Shown here: positions 38,860 through 50,822 of the stretch, piece by piece
Numbering within the stretch: the first letter of the stretch is position 1
Layout: each line of letters begins with the position of its first letter
Assembly (NCBI GenBank): GCA_951406725.2
Contig: OX597837.1
Location: 11,966,001-12,030,000, forward strand
Length of the DNA: 64,000 nucleotides
Direction: 5' to 3'
DNA from: Octopus vulgaris
Lineage: Eukaryota
Position numbers and translations under genes: made by a program
The notes under the pieces: model-generated
The model's database searches: none
The model's input: only the letters and a program-made list of their open reading frames with translations
Told to the model about the DNA's origin: nothing

Positions 38860-38961
38860 AACCTGATTTCATGGAGAACACCAGTTTCCTGTGGAAGGTA
38901 CTCTACATGACGGTAGCCGTATCGTTTGTACGAGAGAAATACTATTTTGCTTGGGTCCTAA
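38860..38961 (+). CDS. MBOAT1/2: MBOAT1/2-like exon (PDFMENTSFLWKVLYMTVAVSFVREKYYFAWVL(T))
   Basis: Acceptor ccctttcag, donor gtaagt. 102 nt, phase 1-1. Carries the conserved R.KYYFAW.L motif. Confidence 0.95.
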
Positions 38962-39199
38962 GTAAGTTGGATGAATCCTACTTTCTGTAAACAGCACTGT
39001 CTTAACTTTCACTTGCTGCAGTCATTAGGCTGCGGCCATGCTGGGGCACCACCTTGAAAAATTTCTAGTCGAATGACTCAACCCCCCACCCCCAGGACTT
39101 GCCTGTGTTAAGCCAGGTGCTTATTCTGTTGATCTCTTTTTGTCAGATTGCTAAATTACGAGGATGTAAACACACCAACGCCGGTTGTCAAGGGGTGGT

Positions 39200-39243
<44 letters not shown>

Positions 39244-39806
39244 TCGTAGTCGTGGCTAATGCTGGTGTCATGTTACTGCTGGCACCTGTTCCAGTGGCAC
39301 ATAAATTTTAAGCCCCAAATATTAGGGGCTTCCTTATACACGTTAAAATGTGGTATTTCAAAGTTATTGTACCTTGGAAAATGGAGATCTTTCAAGTTGA
39401 TGTTTGTTTTTTATATGTAAAACCCTCCTTGTGAAGACCTGTTGAGGCAAGTGAAAATGAAAATGAAATTCAAAATCGAAATCGATCAACATCAATGGAA
39501 ATTGTAGCTGTGATACCAGTGCCGATGGCACGTAAGAGAACCATCCGAACGTGGCCGTTGCCAGCCTCGTCTGGCCTCCGTGCAGGTGGCACGTAAAAAG
39601 CACCCACTACACTCATGGAGTGGTTGGCATTAGGAAGGGCATCCAGCCATAGAATCACTGCCAGATCAGACTGGAGCCTGGTGCAGCCTTCTGGCTTCCC
39701 AGACCCCAGTTGAACCGTCCAACCCATGCTAGCATGGAAAGCGGACATTAAACGATGATGATGATCATGTAGTTGCTACACACAAAAAACGAACATTATA
39801 TATACA

Positions 39807-39863
<57 letters not shown>

Positions 39864-39864
39864 G

Positions 39865-40466
39865 CAGTTATACCCTGACTATCGCGGCTGTTACGTTCTA
39901 ACCCCACCACCCCACCCCGTGATAGGTGAAAATCCGCGAAGTAGAAACAGTACTGTACTTTACTCTCTTTTACTTGTTTCAGTCATTTGACTGCGGCCAT
40001 GCTGGAGCATCGCCTTTTTTTTAATCGAGCAACTCGACCCCTGGACTTATTCTTTGTATGCCCAGTACTTATTCTATCGGTATCTTTTTGCCGAACCGCT
40101 AAGTGACGGGGACATAAACACACCAGCACAATGCTAGGGAGACAAACACAGACACACAAACACACTCACACATATATACATATATACGAAGGGCTTCTTT
40201 TGATCGGCCCAAGGCTATAGTAGAAGACACTTGCCCAAGGCGCCACGCCATGGGACTGAACCCGGAACCATGTGGTTGGTAAACAAGCTACTTACCACAC
40301 AGCCACTCCCGCGCCTATACTGTACTGTATATTTTTTTAAGTTATTTTTATAATTTATATATATTTATTTTATTTTAAAGGCAAAAAACAACACCGCGGA
40401 GGAATCGACGTAAGCTTAAATAATAAAACCGCGATAGGTGAACCGCGATACTGCGCGGGGTTACTG
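39865..40466. mobile_element. pogo/Tigger-like MITE interrupted by a SINE (39960-40318)
   Basis: Termini cagttataccctgactatcgcgg / ccgcgatactgcgcggggttactg; the host sequence tactgtac resumes after the SINE. Confidence 0.55.
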
Positions 40467-41302
40467 TATACGCACACACACACACGCGCGAACAATAACG
40501 CAGCGGGGAGTGAGCATGATTCGACGATTGAAAGAAATCGTATGCAAAACGAAATACTTCAGTAGTTACCTCCCTTTGGCCACTCGCACGCGCGCCTAAT
40601 AATTCCATTGGTGTTTCAAAGTTTTTGTTTCCCAGATTCGATCGATCACACAAACACACACACACACACACACTGATAAACGGTGAACTGAATTGATATT
40701 TAGGCCAGGGAACGGTGGGTAGCTGTACTTTTCAAGGCCTTTTTATGTTTTTTTTTTCATTTTTATTTTAATGATATCTTTACTTTATGAAGCGATTGAG
40801 TGCTACACTAGTCGCTGAAAACCATACCACACACACACACACATATATATATGTATGTATGTGTGTATATATATATACATACATACATACATATATATAT
40901 GTATGTATGTATGTGTATATATGTATGTATGTGTGTATATATATATGTATGTATGTGTATATATGTATGTATGTGTATATATATATGTATGTATGTATGT
41001 GTATATATGTATGTATGTGTATATATATGTATGTATGTGTATATATGTATGTATGTATGTATGTGAATATATATATGTATGTATGTGTATATATATGTAT
41101 GTATGTGTGTATATATAGATAGATAGATAAATATCTGTGTGTCTATCTATCTATCTATCAATCTATATATATATATATATCCATGTGTATATTATCTATC
41201 TGCCTATCTATCTATCTGTCTATGTTGTTATTTTCATATATGTTGTTTTGTTGTTTTATTCCATGTGCTGTTGTTGTTGTTGCTGTTTACCTCCCAACAC
41301 AG

Positions 41303-41406
41303 CCGAAGCAGTGAACAACTCTGCCGGATTAGGATTCAATGGTTTCGACGAAAAGGGGGAAGCCAAATATGACCTGTTAGAGAACGTCAATATATACGGA
41401 GTGGAG
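41303..41406 (+). CDS. MBOAT1/2: MBOAT1/2-like exon (EAVNNSAGLGFNGFDEKGEAKYDLLENVNIYGVE)
   Basis: Acceptor caacacag, donor gtttgt. 104 nt, phase 1 to 0. Carries the conserved A.NN.AG.GF.G.D..G....DL..N..I..E motif. Confidence 0.95.
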
Positions 41407-42130
41407 GTTTGTATCCCTTTTAATTCTTCTCCCACCTCTGTCTGTCTGTCTGTCCGTCCCTCTCTCCTACATGTTCACTTGCACATGTGGGACACTTTTG
41501 CTGGTTTCAAATGCAGACATTCTAAACTGCATCCCAGGAAAGGCCACTCGGACCATACGTGTTATTAGGGATGAAACCACTCACCATCTACTCACTGCAA
41601 GTCTGCTCTTCACTCTGACAAGCATTTCTATTACTACTACTACTACTGCCTATGCCACCACCACCACAACCAGGAGGTCAGTAGTAGTAGAGTCAACATA
41701 TGAGTTTCTCAGTTGGAGTCAGTGTCAGTTATGTGATGTATAGAGAATACCAAACTAATTCCCTATGGATACCGTATTTATTACAACGAGTGGCTTTCGC
41801 TCGTTAGATACGTTTACAAGCCACGAGTTGTAATAAATACGGTATCCATAGGGAACTCGTTTGGTATTTTATTTATTACACACGAATAAACGACCATATT
41901 TTATTAACCCAATAACTAAATTCTTCACGTTTAGTTGTAACTTATGAATGACAAAAGTAGTGCCGTCACCGTGACCTCAAGTCATCACCATGGATTGACC
42001 AATCAGAAGCAGCGCTGTCACCGTGACCTCGGGTCATCACCATGGATTGACCAATCATAAGCAGCGCTCGCAGTATCTGACATATATTAGATACCAAAAA
42101 TATCTCAAAGTGTTCTCACTCACATGTGTG

Positions 42131-42183
<53 letters not shown>

Positions 42184-42187
<4 letters not shown>

Positions 42188-42368
42188 GGTCCGGGTTGAT
42201 TCGGGGTTAACCACAGTAAATAAGGTACTCAATACATAGCAGAGTAAAATTAATTTATTATATAGAAGGAGCTTCTACAGGACTAGTACTGTTTCATTCA
42301 AGAGAAAGCTTCCTGAAGATTTCTCTTGAATGAAACAGTTCTAGTCCTGTAGAAGCTCCTTCTATATA

Positions 42369-42374
<6 letters not shown>
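42184..42374. mobile_element. Fold-back, Penelope-like-terminus element in (TA)n
   Basis: Inverted arms 42253-42307 and 42320-42374, between long (TA)n tracts. Confidence 0.6.
42307..42357 (+). ncRNA. Putative type I hammerhead ribozyme
   Basis: Stem I agcttc/gaagct (6 bp); CTGAAGA; short stem II ttc-tctt-gaa; GAAA; stem III ACAG/CTGT; GUA triplet, cleavage predicted after 42351. Confidence 0.7.
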
Positions 42375-42419
<45 letters not shown>

Positions 42420-43484
42420 GAGTTTGAGTTACTGTCAAGGTAGACGTTTGAAGTCATTGTCTTGTGGAGCTATTAGCAATAGCACAATAGATGAGTCAAA
42501 GATAACAAGAGCACTCAGAGAGCGCAAACCTCCTCCAAGGCAATACCAATGTCCTCTCAACGATTAGCCGGAGATGATTTTTAAAATGAGAATATCTGAA
42601 ATAAATTAGATAATTACTATTTTTAAATCTCACAGCATGAGATATTCAGCAACAGTACTTTGGAGTAAAGATTGTTTGCCAACATAACATGGCAGTCCTG
42701 GTTTAGGACGAATGTTGCTGTAATTTAGCCCCAGGAGACATCGTCTCCAGCTGGCTACACAACATGATCTGTGTTCTTATGTGTCCTAAATTACAGCAAC
42801 ATTTGTCCTAAACCAGGACTGCCATGTTATGTTGGCAAACAATCTTTACTCCATCTGAAATAAACTCGACTGCTCTCACAAATGAGAATACTAAAAATGA
42901 ATCTGACTTCTCTCAAAAATTAAGTGAAAAGCAGGAAAAATAATTCAGAATACAGAATCCTTGTCTGGTAGCAGATTGATCCCTTAGCCTAATCAGTTCA
43001 TGTTAGTCATGAGGCCAAACATCTCTGAAAGTATCATCTAGATCCATCCAGCAGATATTGAGATATCTTGTGCATTGACAAACAAACAAACACAACTGAA
43101 AACAACACCTCCACCTTTGCTAAGACGGAGGTAAGAAGAGGTGGAATACTGCCACAACATAATAGTGGCGACAAGAATATTCTTGTGCCAACAACAATAT
43201 ACAAGTGGACGAGGATCCTTCCTTCTTGAGCCATGCCAGACTCATAAGGGCCGGTTTCCTGGTTTCAGTGACGTAGAAATTTCCCACCTGGACAGGACGC
43301 CAGTCCATCACAGCATTACTCATTTTTGCCAGCTGAGTGGACTGGAGCAACGTGAAAATGAAGTGTTTTGCTCAAGAACACAACGCATCGCCTGGTCCAG
43401 GTATCGAAACCACAACCTTACGATCATGGGTTCAGCACCCTAACCACTAAGCCACGTGCCTCCACAAGGATCCACATTATAACA

Positions 43485-43575
43485 CTTTTACATGTCATCG
43501 GGACAGGTGCCTTTTAGATGTCATCGGGACAGGTGCCTTTTACATGTCATCGGGACAGGTGCCTTTTAGATGTCA
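43485..43575. repeat. 26-bp tandem repeat, about 3.5 copies
   Basis: Unit ctttta(c/g)atgtcatcgggacaggtgc. Confidence 0.9.
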
Positions 43576-43762
43576 CCAGTGCAGTGCCCTTTACGTGTCC
43601 TCCCCCAGTGCTGCTCACAAGCCTTTGATCATCCCCTTGTCCATAGTAAAAAAACACTTGCTGCGCAGTGAGATTGAACCTGAGACCTCATGTTTAGGAA
43701 ACAACCTTCCTACCCACCGACCCAATGTCTCCCTACAATTTTCCAATTCCTTTGTTTTGCAG

Positions 43763-43960
43763 ACTGCTGGCAGTCAGAAAGATATCATCGACAACTGGAA
43801 CAAAACATCGACGATTTGGTTGCGCCACACCGTCTACGACCGTGTGCCGAGGATGCGCACGATGTCCGTGTTTGCCGTGAGTGCGTTGTGGCATGGCTTC
43901 TACCCCGGGTATTACGTCACGTTTGCCACTGGGGCCATGTTTACAATTACGGCCAGATTG
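43763..43960 (+). CDS. MBOAT1/2: MBOAT1/2-like catalytic exon (TAGSQKDIIDNWNKTSTIWLRHTVYDRVPRMRTMSVFAVSALWHGFYPGYYVTFATGAMFTITARL)
   Basis: Acceptor ttttgcag, donor gtaagt. 198 nt. Contains the MBOAT catalytic Asn (WN) and His (SALWHG.YPGYY). Confidence 0.97.
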
Positions 43961-44006
43961 GTAAGTTAGCTGTTGATTTCTCTTTGAGCGGGTGTATATA
44001 TGTGTG

Positions 44007-44049
<43 letters not shown>

Positions 44050-44824
44050 GTGGTTGTGGGGTTATGGATTAAACAAGGAAAAGTTCAAGAATACTCTCCT
44101 CTCCACACACCCATATTTCATATACACACACACACACACACACATAAACACCCTCACATACATACACCCTCATACATACACCCTCATATACACACGCATA
44201 CACACACCCTCACATCCATACACCCATACATATACCCTCATATACACACATGCACACACATACACACACACACACACACGCATATACTCACCCTCATACA
44301 TACACCCTCATATACACACACGCACACGCACCCTCACATACATACACCCTCACACACACGCATACGAACCACACACATCACATGTGTAACTCCCCATTTA
44401 CACATTACTGACGTACACTTTAATTAATTATCTCTTCTCTCTCTCTCTCTCTCTCTCTCCTTTTTCTGTTTCATTTTAATATATCTCTTTGCCTCTCTTT
44501 CTCTCTCTCCCATTTCTCTGTATCTTTTCCATTTCTTCTCCCTGTCTCTCTCTATCTCTTTCTTCTATAATCTCTCTTTCTCTCTCTCATTTCTCAGTCT
44601 TTCTGTCTCTTCTCTCTGTCTCTTCCTTTCTCTTTTCTCTGTTTCTTTTTAATATACCATTTCTTTGTCTCTCTCTTTTTCTCTCTCTCATATCTGTCTT
44701 TCTAACATCTCCTCTCTTTCTCTCTACTCCTCTCACTCTCTCTCTCTCCCTCTTTTTCAATCTCTCTCTCTCTGCAATATTATACATCTCATCCCTTTTT
44801 TTTCTCTCTTCTCTCCGTCTCCAG

Positions 44825-44973
44825 GTACGAAGGAACATTCGCCCATTATTCATCAAAGCTAACCTACATCCTCTCTACAATGTAATCACAACGATATTCG
44901 CTCGAGTAACAAACTCCTATGGAGCCCTGCCGTTCGTCTATTTGGAATTCATGCCTGGAATAAAAGTTTACCT
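44825..44973 (+). CDS. MBOAT1/2: MBOAT1/2-like exon (VRRNIRPLFIKANLHPLYNVITTIFARVTNSYGALPFVYLEFMPGIKVY(L))
   Basis: Very long (CT)-rich tract ending ctccag, donor gtaagt. 149 nt, phase 0 to 2. Carries the conserved RR..RP.F...Y..IT.....SY...PF pattern. Confidence 0.93.
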
Positions 44974-46029
44974 GTAAGTATCTGACCATTTGACCATCCA
45001 ATCTTTCACTTCTGGCCACAGGTCGACAAGAATCCCTCAACCGTATTTGATGGCATCTTAGATGCACCCTAATTTCAACTGCTCATATTTTGGTTAAAAG
45101 GGAAACGTTTTTAGTACATTAAAGCTTACAGGTGGGGCCCAGCTTTGCATATAAGGACCTGGGACAATTTGGGGGCAGCGGGAAGTGGAGGCAGGGTGGA
45201 TGGGGTTATAAAAGTGCATCTTACCAAGGCGGCGAGCTGGCAGAAACGTTAGCACGCCGGGTGAAATGCTTAGCGGTATTACGTCTGTCATTACGTTCTG
45301 AGTTCAAATTCCGCCGAGGCCGACTTTGCCTTTCATCCTTTCGGGGTCGATAAATAAAGTACCAGTTACGCACTGGGGTCGATGTAAACGACTTAATCCC
45401 TTTGTCTGTCCTTGTTTGTCCCCTCTATGTTTAGCCCCTTGTGGGTAGTAAAGAAATATATAAAAGTGCATCTTATGTGCAATCAAATACAAAATAATTT
45501 CTGTCAAATGTTATATTTATTTATTCATGTTTTCAATTAATCCTGCGTTAATTAATTAATTAGTGCTTTATACCTGGCACCGACACTGGTGTTTCTTACA
45601 TGGCACCAGCATGGGTGTCTTCTACGTAGCAATGTCACAGACATTTTTTATGTGGCCAGCGCCGCCTTGACTGGCTTCCGTGCCGGTGGCATGTAAAATG
45701 CACCAATCCAATCGTGGCCATTGCCAGCCTCGCCTGGCAAGTAAAAAGCACCCACTACACTCACGGAGTGGTTGGCGTTAGAAAGGGCATCCAGCTGTAG
45801 AAACTCTGCCAGATCAGTTTGGTTCGCCAGACCTCAGTCAAATCGTCCAACCCATGCTAGCATGGAAAGCGGACATTAAACAATGATGATGATGATGACT
45901 GCACAGGATTAAACAAATCTACGTCCCACTCATTTTATTTCTTCCTGTCTTTTCATTTCCCTTTTCTCATCTCGTTTCTGCCATCGTCTGATTTTCCTCT
46001 CTCGTCTGTCCGTTTTGTCTCTTTCACAG

Positions 46030-46222
46030 GTCAGTCTACTGTTGGGCGCACGTCTGCTGTTTGTTGATCATTCTTCGGTATTCCCTGTTTGCCAGTCCAC
46101 ACAAGTCAAAGACAGACTCACACCATCGCTCAGTACAACAAACATCCACCGCAACAACAGAAACAACAACAACAACACCAACAACACCTCCATCAGACGG
46201 CTCAAAAGAAAAAGAACTCTAA
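46030..46222 (+). CDS. MBOAT1/2: MBOAT1/2-like last coding exon (SVYCWAHVCCLLIILRYSLFASPHKSKTDSHHRSVQQTSTATTETTTTTPTTPPSDGSKEKEL*)
   Basis: Acceptor ctttcacag; phase matches the previous exon; TAA at 46220-46222. The S.Y...H motif is followed by a hydrophobic helix and a terminal KxKxx. The 11 exons total 1443 nt (480 aa plus stop). Confidence 0.88.
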
Positions 46223-46361
46223 TGGACTCTTCTCTTATATAATACACTTAGTTATAAACACACACACATGCACACGCATATACACATACAGACATACACA
46301 CTCTCATAAGCACATTTGCTTGCGTGTGTGTATATACATACATGAGCACGTAATAAATATA

Positions 46362-46397
<36 letters not shown>

Positions 46398-46612
46398 GAA
46401 TATGTGTGTGGGTGTGTTTAAAGAAATAGTTCAGCTGAGTACCATGAATCTTTTTATCAAATCAATTTTTCAGGGCTTCTAGTTGGCAGTGAGCCCTTCA
46501 AACACACACACGTGCACGCACACACGCACATACACACAAAGATATATATATATATATATTACTCTGTGTGTATATGTATACATATGTGTTTGTGTTTGTA
46601 TATGTGTGAAAA

Positions 46613-46650
<38 letters not shown>

Positions 46651-46689
46651 CATGCACACAGACAGACATGACAATGAAATAGACACCCT

Positions 46690-47815
46690 TACATTCGTTA
46701 AAATTTATTCAAATCAGAAATCACACATTCAAATTGTTTATTAATTATTCTAATGTGAATATCCAATATTTAGTAGACATTCCCTTTGCATTTGTCAATG
46801 CAAGAACTCTGTGAGGCATGCTACTGATCAGATGACGATTATTCCCTTGAGGAATTTCTTGCCATGCTTCATGCAGTAATTTGAAAAGATCTGGCTTTGA
46901 GGATGTTTTCTTGTTCTTTTCATGAAGTATCCTCTACATTATACCCCAGAGGTGTTCAACAGAGTTCGTATCTGGTGACTGGCTTGGCCATGGAAGCCTT
47001 TTAATGTCATTCTCTGCCAACTAATTTTGGGTCCTTTTAGCCGTTTGACAAGGAGCCTCGTCTTCCACAAATAGAGAGGCTTCTTTAATCATTTCACCAC
47101 TGAAGAAGATTGGAAGGAGTCCTTTCTGCAATATGGACATATATTTATCTTAGTTTATGTTTCCCTCACACTTCACCAGCTTTGATCTACCATTGGTCCA
47201 AATTGCACCCCAGACCAACGCAGAAGAGCCGCCATGTTTCATTGTTGGCTGCAGTCTTTTCACATCAAATTCTTGATCACAGAGTCTCCAGACCCACACT
47301 CGACCTCTGTCAGAAAATACAGCAAATCTGGACCTATCAGAGAATATGATAGTGTCCCAAAATGCTAGAGGCCTCTCCACCATCTCACTGGCCCAATCTT
47401 TTCTCCGCTCGACATTGGCAGGTCGAAGCGGTGACTTCCTTCTTGCTGCTCTGCCATAGTAACCAAGTTTGTGAAGATACCTGGCAGCTGTTCTGGAGCT
47501 GACATCAACATGTTCTGCCATGTCAGTGACCTTAGAATGAGGATCATCCTCCACGCTTCTCTTAAAGCAAAGGGTCCTGTCACGGTCCTGGTTGACCTGG
47601 GCAAGGTGATGTGGACTCCTTCTCCTCTCTGGTGAATTGCGCAATCACTCTATTAACTGTAGAAAGTGGGATCCCAAGGTCTTCTATAATTTTGCGCTAT
47701 GTCCACCTTCAGATTGACCCCTAATATGGCCTCTTTGAAATTCGGACAGTTCCAAGGTTTCTTTTGTATGTGGCAGGATTAAACAGTCACATTTAGAACC
47801 TGAAACATAAAAATG
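46690..47815 (-). mobile_element. Degenerate Tc1-like (DD34E) transposon just downstream of the MBOAT stop
   Basis: Minus strand: [12 protein letters not shown]...IIFSDRSRF...[13 protein letters not shown]; LFVEDEAPC; PWPSQSPDTNSVEH. Frameshifted. Confidence 0.85.
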
Positions 47816-47987
47816 TCATTTAATAAAAAATATATAACTTTACTAGTTAAAATAAACACAAAACAATGTTTTATGGGTTGTCTATTTACCTCTGTCATGT
47901 GTGTGTGTGTTTGTGTGTATATGCATGTGTTTATGCGTGTGTGTTCATAATAGATACACACACACACACACACAAATACACACAAAT

Positions 47988-48018
<31 letters not shown>

Positions 48019-48216
48019 AGCACAAACACTTGCAACTTTTTTGATGCATTATCTTAATATATTATTTCCAATAAGAAAAAAAACAATTAATTACTACAAT
48101 TAAATAGATATTAATTATTAAAAAAAAAAAGCCACGAAAAATATAAAAAACATGGAAAGGAAAGATGGCGTTGGCTCTGACCAGGAGACAACCAAATTGT
48201 ACGAATGAGTGAGTGA

Positions 48217-48247
<31 letters not shown>

Positions 48248-48991
48248 TTGGGTCACCTTGTTACCAAAAGCTACCTTTGTTCTGCTTTTTTTTTTTGAAA
48301 TCTTTTCCATCTCCTTTTTTAATTACTTCTACTCCTGCTATTATTATTATTATTATTATTATTACTAGTACTACTACTAAGGCGACGATTTGGCATGTTT
48401 TTGTTTTTTTTATATGACAGATAGAATAAGTACTGGGCTTACGAAAGAATAAGTCCCGGGGTTGAGTTGCTCGATTAAAGGCGGTGCTCCAGCATGGCCG
48501 CAGTCAAAATGACTGAAACAAGTAAAAGAGTAAAAAGAGTAAACTGGGCAGAATGGAAACGCTCAGTGATATTTCGTCCGTCTTTATGTTGTGAGTTCAA
48601 ATTCTACCCAGGTTGACTCTGCCTTTCATCTTTTCATGGGGTAGTGGGGTCGATAAATTAAGTACCAGCTGAGCACTTGGGTCAATGTAATTGAATATCC
48701 TCCACCCTCTCCCTAAATTTCAGGCCTTGTGCCTACAGTAGAAAGAATTATTATTATTATTATTATTATTAAGACGGCGAGTTGGCAGAGTCATTAGCAC
48801 GCTGGACGAAACACTTAGCGGTATTTCGTCTGCCACTATGTTCCGAGTTCAAATTCCGCCGAGGTCGACTTTACCTTTCATCCCTTCGGGGTCGATAAAT
48901 TAAGTACCAGATGGATCCTGGGGAGTCGATCTAATTAACTTACACCCTTCCCCGAATTTACTTGGCCTTGTGCCAAAGTTTGAAACCATTA

Positions 48992-49028
<37 letters not shown>

Positions 49029-49226
49029 CATTATTAGCATGCTGGGCAAAATGCTTAGCATAATTTTGCTTGTTGCTACATTCTGGGTTCAAATTCCGCC
49101 GAGGTCAACTTTGCCTGTCATCCCTTTGGGGTCAGTAAATTAGGTACCAGTGAAACACTGGGGTCGATGTAATCGACTAGGACACTCCCCCACAAATTTC
49201 AGGCCTTTGTACCTTTATTAGAAAGG

Positions 49227-49264
<38 letters not shown>

Positions 49265-50145
49265 ACAGGGTGTGCATGTGTGTCTCTGTAATTGACTTCT
49301 CCTTAAAAATGCTGGCCTTGTGCCAAAAATTATAAAGAATTATTGTAAAAGTGACAAATTGGTAGAATCGTTGGTGCGTCAAACAAATTGCTTAGAGGCA
49401 ATTTTCCTGGCTTTTTTACATTCTGAACTTGAAATTCCACCAAGGTCAGCTTTGCTTTTCATCCTTTCAGGGTTGATAAAAAATAAAAGTACCAGTGGTA
49501 TACTTGGGGGTCGATGTAGCTGACTGAAATGTTTTCCTCGGCTTTCAGGGCTATGGAACTATAGTAGAAGCATTTCTAAGGCAGTTGAGCTGGCAGAATC
49601 ATCGGCGCGTCAAACAAAATGTTCAGCTGCTTTTCTTTTTAACTCTTTACATTCTGATTTCAAATTCTGCCGAGGTGAACTTTGCCTTTCATCCTTTCGG
49701 GGTCGATAAAATAAGGACCAGTTGAACACTGGGGGTCGATGTAATCGACTTGCACCCCCAACTCCCCACCACCCTCACCACCACCAAATTTCAGGTCTTG
49801 TGCCTATAGCAGAAAGTATTATTATTATTATTATTATTTATTTATTTTTTTATTACCACCACCACCGCCACACTATTCTTGACCCATCCTGTCTGAAACT
49901 TTCAGAACAAAACACACACAAAAAAAGAATTTTTTTATATTCTGTTGTTTTTCTTCCTTTTTTTTTAAATTAAAAAGAAAAATGAAAAGTAAAAAGAAAC
50001 ACTGAAAAATAAACCAAAAAGAAATATTAAAGCAGTTAATTATATTTAAAACGATTAATTAGTTTTCTTAAAAGTTTTTCTCATTCCACTTTTCTTCAGT
50101 TTTGCCTTTGTTGTACATTTATTGTATCAAGTATGAATTTATATG

Positions 50146-50530
50146 TTATTGGCTTTTTTTCTGTCCTTCATGTGTATGGCCCAACCAACATAAGGTTCTG
50201 TCAGTGAAGATTTGGATTCTAGGAGGCAAACCAGCACACTGTAGGATCTTTTCATTCCTGATTTTGTCAAAGACAGAACCGTTCATAATCTGCTGCAACT
50301 GTTGCGTCATATTTGCATCTAACTTGTCTACTTGAGCTTTATAGACTGTCCAGATTTCAGCTCCTGTGGTTGAAATCCTCATTGATAGAAATTTGCATTG
50401 GTTGGGCCCCGTACGCAGGATGGACAATAGCAGACTTCCAAGACAACTCCTTTACTCCCGACTGCGAGGGGAAAAGAAACCAAGGAAGACCTAGACTGAG
50501 ATTCAAAGATATTGCAAAAAAAGGAACGTG
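50146..50530. mobile_element. Two RTE-like LINE fragments in opposite orientation
   Basis: Minus: KIRNEKILQCAGLP...TLCWLGH. Plus: RNLHWLGPVRRMDNSRLPRQLLY. Confidence 0.6.
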
Positions 50531-50760
50531 AAGTGGAAAGGAATTCACTGTCATCATCATCATCATCATCACCATCATTTAACGTCCGTTGTCCATGCCG
50601 GCATGGGTTGGACAGTTTGACCATGGCTGGTAAGCGTCAGGATCCATTCTTATTTGCTCAGGAACACGTGTCGCCCGGTCCAGGAATCGAAACCACAATC
50701 TTACGATCATGTTGCTGACACCCTAACCACTAAGCCATTCGCGTCCACACACACACACAC

Positions 50761-50822
<62 letters not shown>

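Noticed and set aside
46015-46421. ORF-track frames over the last MBOAT exon (polyN or polyQ versions)
   Set aside because: Splice phase from the 44973 donor selects the third frame (SVYCWAH...KEKEL*), which fits the family pattern.
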